From assembly GCA_029261065.1 (NCBI GenBank), contig JAJDCB010000028.1, positions 447 through 64,446 of the forward strand: DNA of 64,000 bases, in the 5' to 3' direction. The notes under the pieces were generated by a model, which was given only the letters and a program-made list of their open reading frames with translations, made no database searches and was not told the DNA's origin. Of the stretch, positions 50,968 through 59,134 are shown in pieces (positions within the stretch are counted from its first letter, which is position 1; every line of letters starts with the position of its first letter). The DNA comes from Candidatus Omnitrophota bacterium. GTDB taxonomy: Bacteria > Omnitrophota > Gorgyraeia > Zapsychrales > Zapsychraceae. Position numbers and translations under genes: made by a program.

Positions 50968-51000
50968 TCGTGTCGTTCGTTTAAAAAATAAAACTAATCA

Positions 51001-51079
51001 TGTTATCCCTGCGAAAGCGGGGATCCATTAATAGTGTTAATATAACTTTTTTGAGGTCCCCGCTTTCGCGGGGATGACA
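51001..51079. repeat. TGTC-type REP dimer
   Basis: tgttatccctgcgaaagcggggatcca...gtccccgctttcgcggggatgaca. Confidence 0.88.
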
Positions 51080-51106
51080 CTATTTCGTTAACATTAAATA
51101 GCTCCT

Positions 51107-51928
51107 ATGGAAGATTCTATAAAATCCTATCTTAAAGATATCCGCCCAATCCCGTTGTTGACGGCGCAAGAAGAGATCGAACTTTCTACGTTAGTCCTGC
51201 AAGGCGATATGGAAGCGCGGGATAAAATGATTCGTTCGAATCTTCGTTTAGTCATTAGCATTGCCAAACGTTACGTTAATCTGGGTGTTCCTTTAAGTGA
51301 TTTGATTGAAGAGGGGAATATTGGATTGATGAAAAGTGTTGAGAAGTTTGATCCTACTAGGGGGTTTCGTTTCTCAACATATTCGGCATGGTGGATTAAA
51401 CAAGGCATTTCAAGAGCGATTATTGATCAAGGAAAAATGATTCGTGTGCCCGTGTATTTAAATGAAGAAATTCTTAAATACAAAAAAACGGTTGAGAAAT
51501 TAACGCATCAATTAAAACGAACGCCTACGGTGCCGGAGGTGGCTAAGAGGTTAAAGGTTTCTGTTGATAAGATAAGAAGTCTCGTTAATGCCATTGCCAA
51601 GATGTCTAGTTTAGATGCTCCTATAGGAGAAGATGGTGATGGTCAGGTGAAAGATATCATAGAAGATCCCAATGCGGTTGCCCCGGATCAACAATTAGAG
51701 GTGTTTTTTAATAAAGAACGAGCGATTAGTTTTTTAGAGATGCTTACAGATCGCGAACGAAAAATTTTAGAATTACGTTATGGTCTCATTGATGGCGAAG
51801 CGCATACATTAGCTGATATCGCAAAGACACTAGGCGTTTCTCGTGAACGTGTTCGTCAAATAGAAGCAGCAACAATTAAAAAGATTAAACAGGTCATTGA
51901 TCAAAAAGATAAAGAAGAAGGTGAATAA
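51107..51928 (+). CDS. Sigma-70 factor, group 2 (RpoS/SigA-like, no region 1.1)
   Basis: YLKDI...PLLT, SNLRLVISIAKRY, DLIEEGNIGL, FRFSTYSAWWI, GVSRERVRQIE. Confidence 0.92.
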   Translation: MEDSIKSYLKDIRPIPLLTAQEEIELSTLVLQGDMEARDKMIRSNLRLVISIAKRYVNLGVPLSDLIEEGNIGLMKSVEKFDPTRGFRFSTYSAWWIKQGISRAIIDQGKMIRVPVYLNEEILKYKKTVEKLTHQLKRTPTVPEVAKRLKVSVDKIRSLVNAIAKMSSLDAPIGEDGDGQVKDIIEDPNAVAPDQQLEVFFNKERAISFLEMLTDRERKILELRYGLIDGEAHTLADIAKTLGVSRERVRQIEAATIKKIKQVIDQKDKEEGE

Positions 51929-52775
51929 AAAGACCAGTAAACTAACCTTTGTTTTAATTATTCCTCGCTTTGAAGATATTTTCCACTCCTATTACGCGGG
52001 CGAAATCATTCGCGGTGTAACCCTCTCTGTAAGTCGTCTGAATGCTGATTTACTTATTCATATTACTGATCGAGGAGATCACAGTACGTGGTTGACTACA
52101 TCATTTTTTAACAAGCATTCTATCGATGGTATTATCTTTGCAGATATTGACAATGATTTATCCGTTGTCAAACGAGCTATCCGACGCGGTATTCCATGCG
52201 TCATTCTAAATAATTTACTTAAAGAGCCTATTAATTGTGTATGCGTGGATAACAAAAAGGCCGCGTATGAAGTTGTCAAACAAATGATGTCCTTTGGTCA
52301 TAAACAGATTGCTACGATTGCTGGAGATGTATCAACTCAGGCTGGATTTATGCGCTTGGAAGGGTATCGCGAGGCGTTGTTAGAGAATAATATTTCTATT
52401 CCAAGAAGTTACATTACATTTGGTGATTTTTTAAGGACGCCAGCACGATTAGCGGCTCAGAAGTTATTAAAATTAAAAAGACGACCTACAGCCATTTTTG
52501 CTGCTTCTGATGTGATGGCCTTAGAGTTAATGGATGTGGCGAAAAAATTAAAGATAAAAGTGCCTGAAGAGCTTTCGATTATTGGTTTTGATGATAACCC
52601 GCTTAATGCCACAGCTCCAACGGGATTGGCTACTGTTTCGCAGCCCTTGCTTGAAATGGGGCGTGTGGGGATGGAGAATTTGTATAAGGTTAGTCGTGGT
52701 AAAGCTAAGTTGCCGGTCAAAATAGTTTTGCCAACAAAGTTTATTAAACGTAAGTCGATGTCAAAGATTAAATAA
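51921..52775 (+). CDS. LacI-family ligand-binding domain protein lacking the N-terminal HTH
   Basis: GTG 51921 overlaps the sigma stop; IDGII, VDN..AA, GHKQIA.I, RLEGYREAL, PTAIFAASD.MA, VPEELSIIGFDD, TVSQP; no HTH-length N-terminus. Confidence 0.88.
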   Translation: MNKKTSKLTFVLIIPRFEDIFHSYYAGEIIRGVTLSVSRLNADLLIHITDRGDHSTWLTTSFFNKHSIDGIIFADIDNDLSVVKRAIRRGIPCVILNNLLKEPINCVCVDNKKAAYEVVKQMMSFGHKQIATIAGDVSTQAGFMRLEGYREALLENNISIPRSYITFGDFLRTPARLAAQKLLKLKRRPTAIFAASDVMALELMDVAKKLKIKVPEELSIIGFDDNPLNATAPTGLATVSQPLLEMGRVGMENLYKVSRGKAKLPVKIVLPTKFIKRKSMSKIK

Positions 52776-52802
52776 AAGGATTGTTAAAGAAAGGATTTTG
52801 TT

Positions 52803-53336
52803 ATGGCGAGTTCTATTAAGAAAACAGACTTAAAGAAGCATATTCGAGACGTTCAAGATTTTCCGAAAGAGGGGATTGTTTTTAAGGATATTACGACTCT
52901 GTTGCAAAATAAAGAAGCCTTAAAGAAGTCCGTTGATTTATTAGCTAAAAAATTTCGTAAAGAAAATATCGAATTAGTTGTTGGTGTTGAAGCTCGTGGT
53001 TTTATTTTTGGGGCGGCTCTTGCTTATAAGTTAGGGACAGGATTTGTGCCGGTACGTAAGAAGGGCAAGCTTCCTTATAAAACACGAAGTGTTACATACG
53101 AATTAGAATATGGAAAAGATAGTTTAGAAATTCATGAAGATGCTATTCCAGCGAAAACTCGTGTGTTAATCGTTGATGATTTATTGGCCACAGGGGGCAC
53201 TATTAAAGCTGTTACGGAATTGGTTAAAGAGCAAAAGGCTGTTATTGCAGGATTAGCTTTTTTGGTGGAATTAAAGTTTCTTAAGGGTAAAAATAAGTTA
53301 AAAGATTTTGATGTTTATTCTGTTTTAAAATATTAA
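52803..53336 (+). CDS. apt: Adenine phosphoribosyltransferase
   Basis: DFPKEGIVFKDIT, EARGF, RKKGKLP, YELEYG, VDDLLATGGT. Confidence 0.97.
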   Translation: MASSIKKTDLKKHIRDVQDFPKEGIVFKDITTLLQNKEALKKSVDLLAKKFRKENIELVVGVEARGFIFGAALAYKLGTGFVPVRKKGKLPYKTRSVTYELEYGKDSLEIHEDAIPAKTRVLIVDDLLATGGTIKAVTELVKEQKAVIAGLAFLVELKFLKGKNKLKDFDVYSVLKY

Positions 53337-53363
53337 ATGTTGTTGAAAAAAGATATTTTCGCA

Positions 53364-53390
53364 AGGGACGGAGCTTATGCTTCGTCCCCT
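53364..53390 (+). terminator. Hairpin after apt (possible terminator or processing site)
   Basis: gggacggagc-ttat-gcttcgtccc; weak U-tract. Confidence 0.45.
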
Positions 53391-53398
53391 CATTATTT

Positions 53399-55852
53399 AT
53401 GATAAAAAACATATTGTCTAAAAATTATTTTCTCATACTTCTTATGTTGTTGGTCACGTTTTTGGCCTTTTATCCAACATTAAAGGCTGATTTTGTCCAT
53501 TGGGATGACGAGGGGCATTTGCTTGAAAATGTTGTTATTCGATCTCTCGATGCTGAGCATATACGAGAAATTTTTAGTCAAAGCGTGCAAAATGTTTATA
53601 TTCCTTTAACGACGCTCAGCTTTGCTTTGGAATATCATTTTTTTGGGTACAATCCATTTGTCTATCATCTAACAAATCTTTTATTGCATTTATTAATAGT
53701 GTTATTAATTTATGGATCCGCGCGTTTATTGGGATTGGGACTTCTAGCTGCTTTTTGTGCGGGAACTCTTTTTGGGATTCATCCCATGCATGTAGAGTCA
53801 GTAGCGTGGATCACGGAACGCAAAGATGTTTTGTATGCTTTTTTTTACATGTTAGCCATATTTAGTTATTTGCTTTTTATGAGAAAGAATGAACAGGCTT
53901 TTCGGTCAAACGCTAAACTCTCTGTAGGGTATCTCGTATTTGTTTTTTTATTTGGAGCTTTAAGTATGTTGGCTAAACCCATGGCCCTTAGTTTGCCGTT
54001 GATCCTTTTGTGGATCGATTGGTATAAGGATAGAAAAATTGATATTAAGGTTCTTTTAGAGAAATTACCATTAGGGATAATGATTGGAGCTGTAACGTGG
54101 ATTACTTACTCTCAACATGTGCGCGTTCCTGGAGATGAAACCGGCTCTGCGGGGCTTATCTGGATTTGGACTTTTATTTTTTATCTTAAACAGTTTTTTA
54201 TCCCATTGTTTAATGTTCCTATATATCGTCTTAGCTATCCCATTAGTATTGTTGAACCTGAATATCTTTTTTCTCTCATCGCATTTTTACTTATCGGTTT
54301 TAGTGTTTTTCGATTAAGAAAATATCGTCTTTACATTTTTGCTCTTGGATATTTTTTGTTCTCCATTTTCTTTTTATTACGGTTCGATGCTGCGAAAGAT
54401 ACAAATGTTGTTGCGGATCGATTTATGTATTTGCCGAGTTTGGGCTTTTGTTTGCTGTTTGGTTTTCTCATGGAAGTTTTTTTAAAGAAAGCAGCCATCG
54501 CGCAACAAAGGTTTCGTCTGTTTGTCGTCGGATTTTTGATTGTTAGTGTTTTTACTTTTTTAGGTGTGCGCACGTATAAACAATGTCAGATTTGGGACAA
54601 TACCATTGCTCTTTGGAAACATGAATTAAAATATTTTCCTAAAGAACATATTGCTTTAAACAATTTGGGTGTTGAATTGCAGGGGCAAGAGTCGTTTAAA
54701 GAGGCTGTAGATCAATATAGTCATGTTCTTCGGGTTAAGGCTGAAGGATTTGAAGTTAAGGTTAATGAGAATATTCTTCAAGATATGAATCAAATCAATG
54801 AAGTGATTGGTTTATATGAGCGTGCGGTTCGTTCTAAACCGGATTATGTGCGAGCCTTTTACAATCTTGGGAATCTTTACAAAGAGATTGGTTTATATGC
54901 TGAGGCGGTAAGATTATTTAATCAAGCGATTGCTACAGATCCCTACTATAAAGATTCTTTTATGAATTTGGGTAATTTATATAGAGATGTGGGAGAGGCG
55001 CAAAAAGCCATTGAATCTTATACAAAATATGTGCAAGGATTGCCAGATGATGAAGATGTTCGTGTTTATGTTGTGTTAGCTTATAATAAAGCCTTAGAAA
55101 TGACGCCCAAGATTGAGAAGGCTTACATCTTATATAAGCAAGCGCGTGAAGAGGCGTTAAATGAATTTACAAGGCTTATTAATACTAAGCCTGCTCGAGC
55201 CACTTCATTTTTCAATTTGGGGTTTTTGTACAGCGAGATTGGAGATTTAGAGCGGGCTATTTCTGCTTATCGAACAGTTCTGGATATCAATCCTCATCAT
55301 GGCCATGCGTTGTATTCTCTGGGGAATATATTCCAATTTCAAGGCCAATATAGTCAAGCCATGCAGATGTATCAAAAATCTTTGAAAGTCCTTAGTAGGC
55401 ATGTGGATACGTACACTGATATGGGTACAATATTAGAGAAGCAGGGAAAGGGCAAGGAGGCTCGAAATCGCTACGAACAAGCTCTTGATGTGGATGTGGA
55501 TAACCATAAGGCTTTATATCGCTTAGCATATTTAGATGCGCAGCAAGGCCTTACACACAAAGCTTTAGAGGCTTATTTACATCTTATTGAGTTAAATTAT
55601 CGTAACGCTAATGCTTACAATGATTTAGGTGTAATTTATGTTAAACTGGAAGATTCAACAAATGCTCAAAAAGCCTTTGAAAGGGCTGTTGAGTTGGATC
55701 AAAATAATGTTGACGCGTGGATTAATTTGTCTAACTTATCCTTCATCCAGAAAGATTACCAAAAAGCGATTGAGTATTTAGATGAGGCTGTATTTATTGG
55801 GTATGAGGCACCGGTGGCGTATTTGAAGGCGCTGGAAGCGTATCGGAATTGA
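53399..55852 (+). CDS. TMTC-like GT-C protein O-glycosyltransferase with C-terminal TPRs
   Basis: FVHWDD, YHLTNLLLH, HPMHVESVAWITERKD, LAKP, ADRFMYLPS, W......LW, then multiple TPRs. Confidence 0.88.
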   Translation: MIKNILSKNYFLILLMLLVTFLAFYPTLKADFVHWDDEGHLLENVVIRSLDAEHIREIFSQSVQNVYIPLTTLSFALEYHFFGYNPFVYHLTNLLLHLLIVLLIYGSARLLGLGLLAAFCAGTLFGIHPMHVESVAWITERKDVLYAFFYMLAIFSYLLFMRKNEQAFRSNAKLSVGYLVFVFLFGALSMLAKPMALSLPLILLWIDWYKDRKIDIKVLLEKLPLGIMIGAVTWITYSQHVRVPGDETGSAGLIWIWTFIFYLKQFFIPLFNVPIYRLSYPISIVEPEYLFSLIAFLLIGFSVFRLRKYRLYIFALGYFLFSIFFLLRFDAAKDTNVVADRFMYLPSLGFCLLFGFLMEVFLKKAAIAQQRFRLFVVGFLIVSVFTFLGVRTYKQCQIWDNTIALWKHELKYFPKEHIALNNLGVELQGQESFKEAVDQYSHVLRVKAEGFEVKVNENILQDMNQINEVIGLYERAVRSKPDYVRAFYNLGNLYKEIGLYAEAVRLFNQAIATDPYYKDSFMNLGNLYRDVGEAQKAIESYTKYVQGLPDDEDVRVYVVLAYNKALEMTPKIEKAYILYKQAREEALNEFTRLINTKPARATSFFNLGFLYSEIGDLERAISAYRTVLDINPHHGHALYSLGNIFQFQGQYSQAMQMYQKSLKVLSRHVDTYTDMGTILEKQGKGKEARNRYEQALDVDVDNHKALYRLAYLDAQQGLTHKALEAYLHLIELNYRNANAYNDLGVIYVKLEDSTNAQKAFERAVELDQNNVDAWINLSNLSFIQKDYQKAIEYLDEAVFIGYEAPVAYLKALEAYRN

Positions 55853-55860
55853 AGGTTTTC

Positions 55861-56035
55861 CAGGAATAACCAAGATACAAGGTAGAAGAAATTCCAGCCT
55901 GCGGCTGGAACCTCGCCTTTGGCGGGGCAAAAAATAACCATTTTCCAATATTTCAATAACCAAATGTTTGGTGTTTTTAAGTATTGGTTATTGATTATTT
56001 TTTGTATCTTGTGCCTTGTATCTTGGTTATTCCTG
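55861..56035. repeat. Long hairpin / MITE-like element with 22-bp perfect terminal inverted repeat
   Basis: caggaataaccaagatacaagg ... ccttgtatcttggttattcctg; inner tcaataaccaa/ttggttattga; inserted small hairpins ttccagcctgcggctggaa and cgcctttggcg. Confidence 0.75.
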
Positions 56036-56055
56036 CCAGGTTTTTTTGTAAATTT

Positions 56056-56129
56056 GCGCCTGTAGCTCAGATGGATAGAGCGCGGCCCTCCTAAGGCCGG
56101 CGTCGGAGGTTCGACTCCCCCCAGGCGCA
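56056..56129 (+). tRNA. tRNA-Arg(CCT)
   Basis: Acceptor stem gcgcctg/caggcgc, D-arm tagctcagatggatagagc, anticodon arm cggcc-ctCCTaa-ggccg, T-loop ggttcgactcc; CCA not encoded. Confidence 0.96.
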
Positions 56130-56162
56130 TAATTTTGAATCCACCGTATAATAAGAGAACAT

Positions 56163-56188
56163 CTCATCCCCGCAGAAGCGGGGATCTA
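56163..56188. repeat. Solitary REP half (TCATCCCCGC..GCGGGGATC)
   Basis: ctcatccccgcagaagcggggatcta just downstream of the tRNA. Confidence 0.7.
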
Positions 56189-56371
56189 GAGATATAAGGA
56201 CTTACGACAAAACTTTATAATGATGCATTTGAAGAACTTTCTCTTTTTTATGTTGTAATTTCTGAACATCAAGAAAAAATATTTTTAATGATAATTTTTG
56301 CAGACATCAAATCTTATTGAAAACAAACAAGTTGCAACAAAAAATGTTGTTAAAAATAAATTCAAAATATA

Positions 56372-56400
56372 TTGACATGTGTAAGTACTTGTGTGACAAT
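56372..56400 (+). promoter_or_regulatory. Sigma-70 promoter of the porin gene
   Basis: TTGACA-17 nt-GACAAT with extended -10 TG. Confidence 0.65.
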
Positions 56401-56583
56401 GTCCACGAATCAAATATTTTTTACCCAGTGATGATTTTAATCTGACCGAAGAAAGGGGGGATGAAAACTAGATTGGTCTGAAGTCATCGAAGAAACTGGT
56501 TCTATGGTCGAAATAATCTAGGCCATTTAGTACCTAGTTATATATATAGATAAAAGTTGTAAAACTTTTTGGAGGAGACACAA

Positions 56584-58020
56584 ATGAGAAAATTAACATT
56601 GTTAGCGACACTATTTGCAGTAGCTATTATGGCTGTGCCAGCGTCAGCTAACGTTCAGACAATTAAAGTAAGTGGTGCTATAAACCAGATGTTCATCTGG
56701 AGAAACAACTTTGACTTTGGTCGAGCATCTTCTGGTGAAGCCAGACAACATCTTTTGGCTGCACAAGCCCATGTTGATGTTGATGCTGATTTAACAGATC
56801 AAATCTCAGCTGGTTTTAGTATCTTTAACGAAAGAGCTTTAGAAGCAGATTCATCTACTTCTACAGATCTTAACTTAAGTCGAGCATTTTTCGTTATTCG
56901 TCAAATGCTTTACACCCCGATGACAGTAACAGCTGGTCGTCATCCTTTCAGTTATGGTAATTCCTTAATAATTGATTCAACTGGTGCTAACAATGTTGCT
57001 CCAGGAGATTCCAATTTAGCTGGATTAGCCAATGACCTTACTGGTCAGACATCGCAAGATGCCGTTCGTATTACATTTGATTATGAACCATTAGTATTAG
57101 AATTGTTATTTTCAAAAATAACACCTAATACTGCTGCAGCTGCTGCAGAAGACAATGATGACCATGATCTTTATGGTATCAATGCCACATGGGAAGCAAA
57201 TGATGATGCGAATTCAGTTGTTGAAGCTTACTTTTTTGCAAGCTACAACAGAGCTACTGAAGGTAATGCGACTGGACCAGCAATTGGTAAAGTGGATACA
57301 ATCTATACTCCAGGGTTTAGATTTAGCACAACACCAATAGAAGGTCTAAACATCCAAGGTGAGCTTGCTCATCAGGGTGGTACAAAAGCTGATTCATCTG
57401 ATGCTGATAACCAACGCAGACGTCACGCGTATGCAGCTCAGCTTATTAGTAACTATGAAGTTCCAGATGGCATTTTGCCTGATGAAGTAGGTGAAATGGA
57501 TCCAGTATTGCAATACATCTTTACATATGCTTCAGGTGACAGCAATACGGCAGGAGCGAATTGTCAAGGGGCTGGATGTTCTCATGAAACGTACACAGCA
57601 TGGGATCCTCTTTATGAAAATCAAGGTGGAGGAACTATTTATAACTCTATTTTTGATCTTTCTAACTTGATCATTCATTCTATTTCTCTTCAATTAAATC
57701 CAATGGAAGACGTGACAACAAAGGTAAGTTGGCATGGTCTTTGGAGAGATAATGAAGTTCCTGGTGTAAGTGGTGTTGGATCAGCTGGATCAACAGAAAC
57801 ATTCAAAAGTCCTAACGTATCTGGCGGTACTCAAACATTGAGTGTTGTTGGTGGTGAGGACTTCTATGGTTACGAAGTTGATTGGGAAACTACTTATGAT
57901 TACACTGAAGATTTTCAAATCGGTGTAAACTTTGGTATTTTCAATCCAGGTCAAGTTTTTAATGGCCGAAACAACCAGGCTGCATCACAAGCTATTGTTA
58001 ATGGAAATGTTGCATTCTAA
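56584..58020 (+). CDS. Alginate-export-family / porin-like outer-membrane beta-barrel
   Basis: GGAGG RBS, signal peptide MRKLTLLATLFAVAIMAVPASA, GR..FSYG...II, ASGD, WDPLYE, G.EVD, terminal F; biased codon usage suggests high expression. Confidence 0.82.
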   Translation: MRKLTLLATLFAVAIMAVPASANVQTIKVSGAINQMFIWRNNFDFGRASSGEARQHLLAAQAHVDVDADLTDQISAGFSIFNERALEADSSTSTDLNLSRAFFVIRQMLYTPMTVTAGRHPFSYGNSLIIDSTGANNVAPGDSNLAGLANDLTGQTSQDAVRITFDYEPLVLELLFSKITPNTAAAAAEDNDDHDLYGINATWEANDDANSVVEAYFFASYNRATEGNATGPAIGKVDTIYTPGFRFSTTPIEGLNIQGELAHQGGTKADSSDADNQRRRHAYAAQLISNYEVPDGILPDEVGEMDPVLQYIFTYASGDSNTAGANCQGAGCSHETYTAWDPLYENQGGGTIYNSIFDLSNLIIHSISLQLNPMEDVTTKVSWHGLWRDNEVPGVSGVGSAGSTETFKSPNVSGGTQTLSVVGGEDFYGYEVDWETTYDYTEDFQIGVNFGIFNPGQVFNGRNNQAASQAIVNGNVAF

Positions 58021-58047
58021 TTTCTAGTTAACAATTGTTTTACATAT

Positions 58048-58087
58048 AAAACGTCCTTACTGCTAATGCGGTAAGGACGTTTTTTTT
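58048..58087 (+). terminator. Rho-independent terminator
   Basis: aaaacgtccttac-tgctaatgcg-gtaaggacgtttttttt. Confidence 0.88.
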
Positions 58088-58151
58088 ATGCACATTTTAT
58101 GCATAAAAATAACAGACGTTTTTTTATGCACATTTTATGCATAAAAATAAC
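58076..58151. repeat. ~39-bp direct tandem duplication containing palindrome TTTTATGCATAAAA
   Basis: gacgtt(t)nnatgcacattttatgcataaaaataac occurs twice, at 58076 and 58115. Confidence 0.85.
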
Positions 58152-58485
58152 GAACAATTTTTATGTTGAAGAACTAATTCAAAAATAGCGAGCATTTTAT
58201 TTAGAAGCCTTGACGTAAAAATCAAAATAAGAAAGTATAATTTTGATCAAAAAAACGTTTTATTTGTAAAAACCTTTTTCTTAACCGAGCTCTCGACGAG
58301 GAGTTATTGAAAATAGTTGTAAAAAAGTTAAAATACTGTTTCTTTTTAAATAATAATTTGTTAATATAAAAACAATCAAAAAGCTTTCCGATGTATTTAA
58401 GAGATATGACTTTACGGAAATATAGCTTTTTATTGAAAGACACACTTCTCGCAAGAAAATTTAGAATAGTTCATTTAGGAAAATT

Positions 58486-59061
58486 ATGACACGCGATGAT
58501 ATCTACGATCACTTAGCTCAAGTATATTTGGGTAAACGTAAAGAAGTCGACGAGCGAAAAACTCGTCAGTTTAATGCATGGTTGGTTATTAATATTGCTA
58601 TTACGTTTATTGTTTTTGCAAGTGCGACATATGGTCTAACGGCCTTTTTAACGAACCGTTCTGACTTTTTGGATAATCGTATTATTTATGCCTTGCATCA
58701 AGGTAAGATCCGTCTAGAGTACAATTTATTCGAACCCTACGCCCCAGTTAAGACATTTGCTTTAAATGTTCCTTCTATTGATGCCAGCAAATACAAAAGC
58801 ATTCAATTTTCTATTCGTGGTAAAGAAGAAGGGACTCCAGGTGTCGTCAAAATTGTGGTTAGAAATTTTAAAAATGAATCATCTTCTTATTACATTCAGG
58901 GAGTCGGCCTTAAATGGCAAGATTTCGATATCTCTTTAAGTGAATTTCAACAAATTACAGATTGGTCTAACATTATTGATGTATCCTTTGTTCTTGAGAC
59001 GTGGAATGTGGATAAGAAAAAAGGAATTATTTTAATTGAAGATGTTAGCTTTTCAAGTTAA
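58486..59061 (+). CDS. Single-TM protein with CBM11/CIA30-like beta-sandwich
   Basis: TM WLVINIAITFIVFASATYGL; DASKYKSIQFSIRG, KWQDFDISLSEF..ITDWSNI..VSFV, G.ILIEDVSF. Confidence 0.72.
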   Translation: MTRDDIYDHLAQVYLGKRKEVDERKTRQFNAWLVINIAITFIVFASATYGLTAFLTNRSDFLDNRIIYALHQGKIRLEYNLFEPYAPVKTFALNVPSIDASKYKSIQFSIRGKEEGTPGVVKIVVRNFKNESSSYYIQGVGLKWQDFDISLSEFQQITDWSNIIDVSFVLETWNVDKKKGIILIEDVSFSS

Positions 59062-59134
59062 CCATTTGTGAGGAATGTTTCACATTTGCTTATCATAAAG
59101 CATTCCGATAAGACTAAAGGAGGGTATTTCTCTT

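Noticed and set aside
55756-56130. Minus-strand 124-aa ORF
   Set aside because: Antisense to tRNA-Arg and the hairpin element
56056-56330. Prophage or genomic island integrated at tRNA-Arg
   Set aside because: No integrase and no duplicated tRNA 3' end seen in the window
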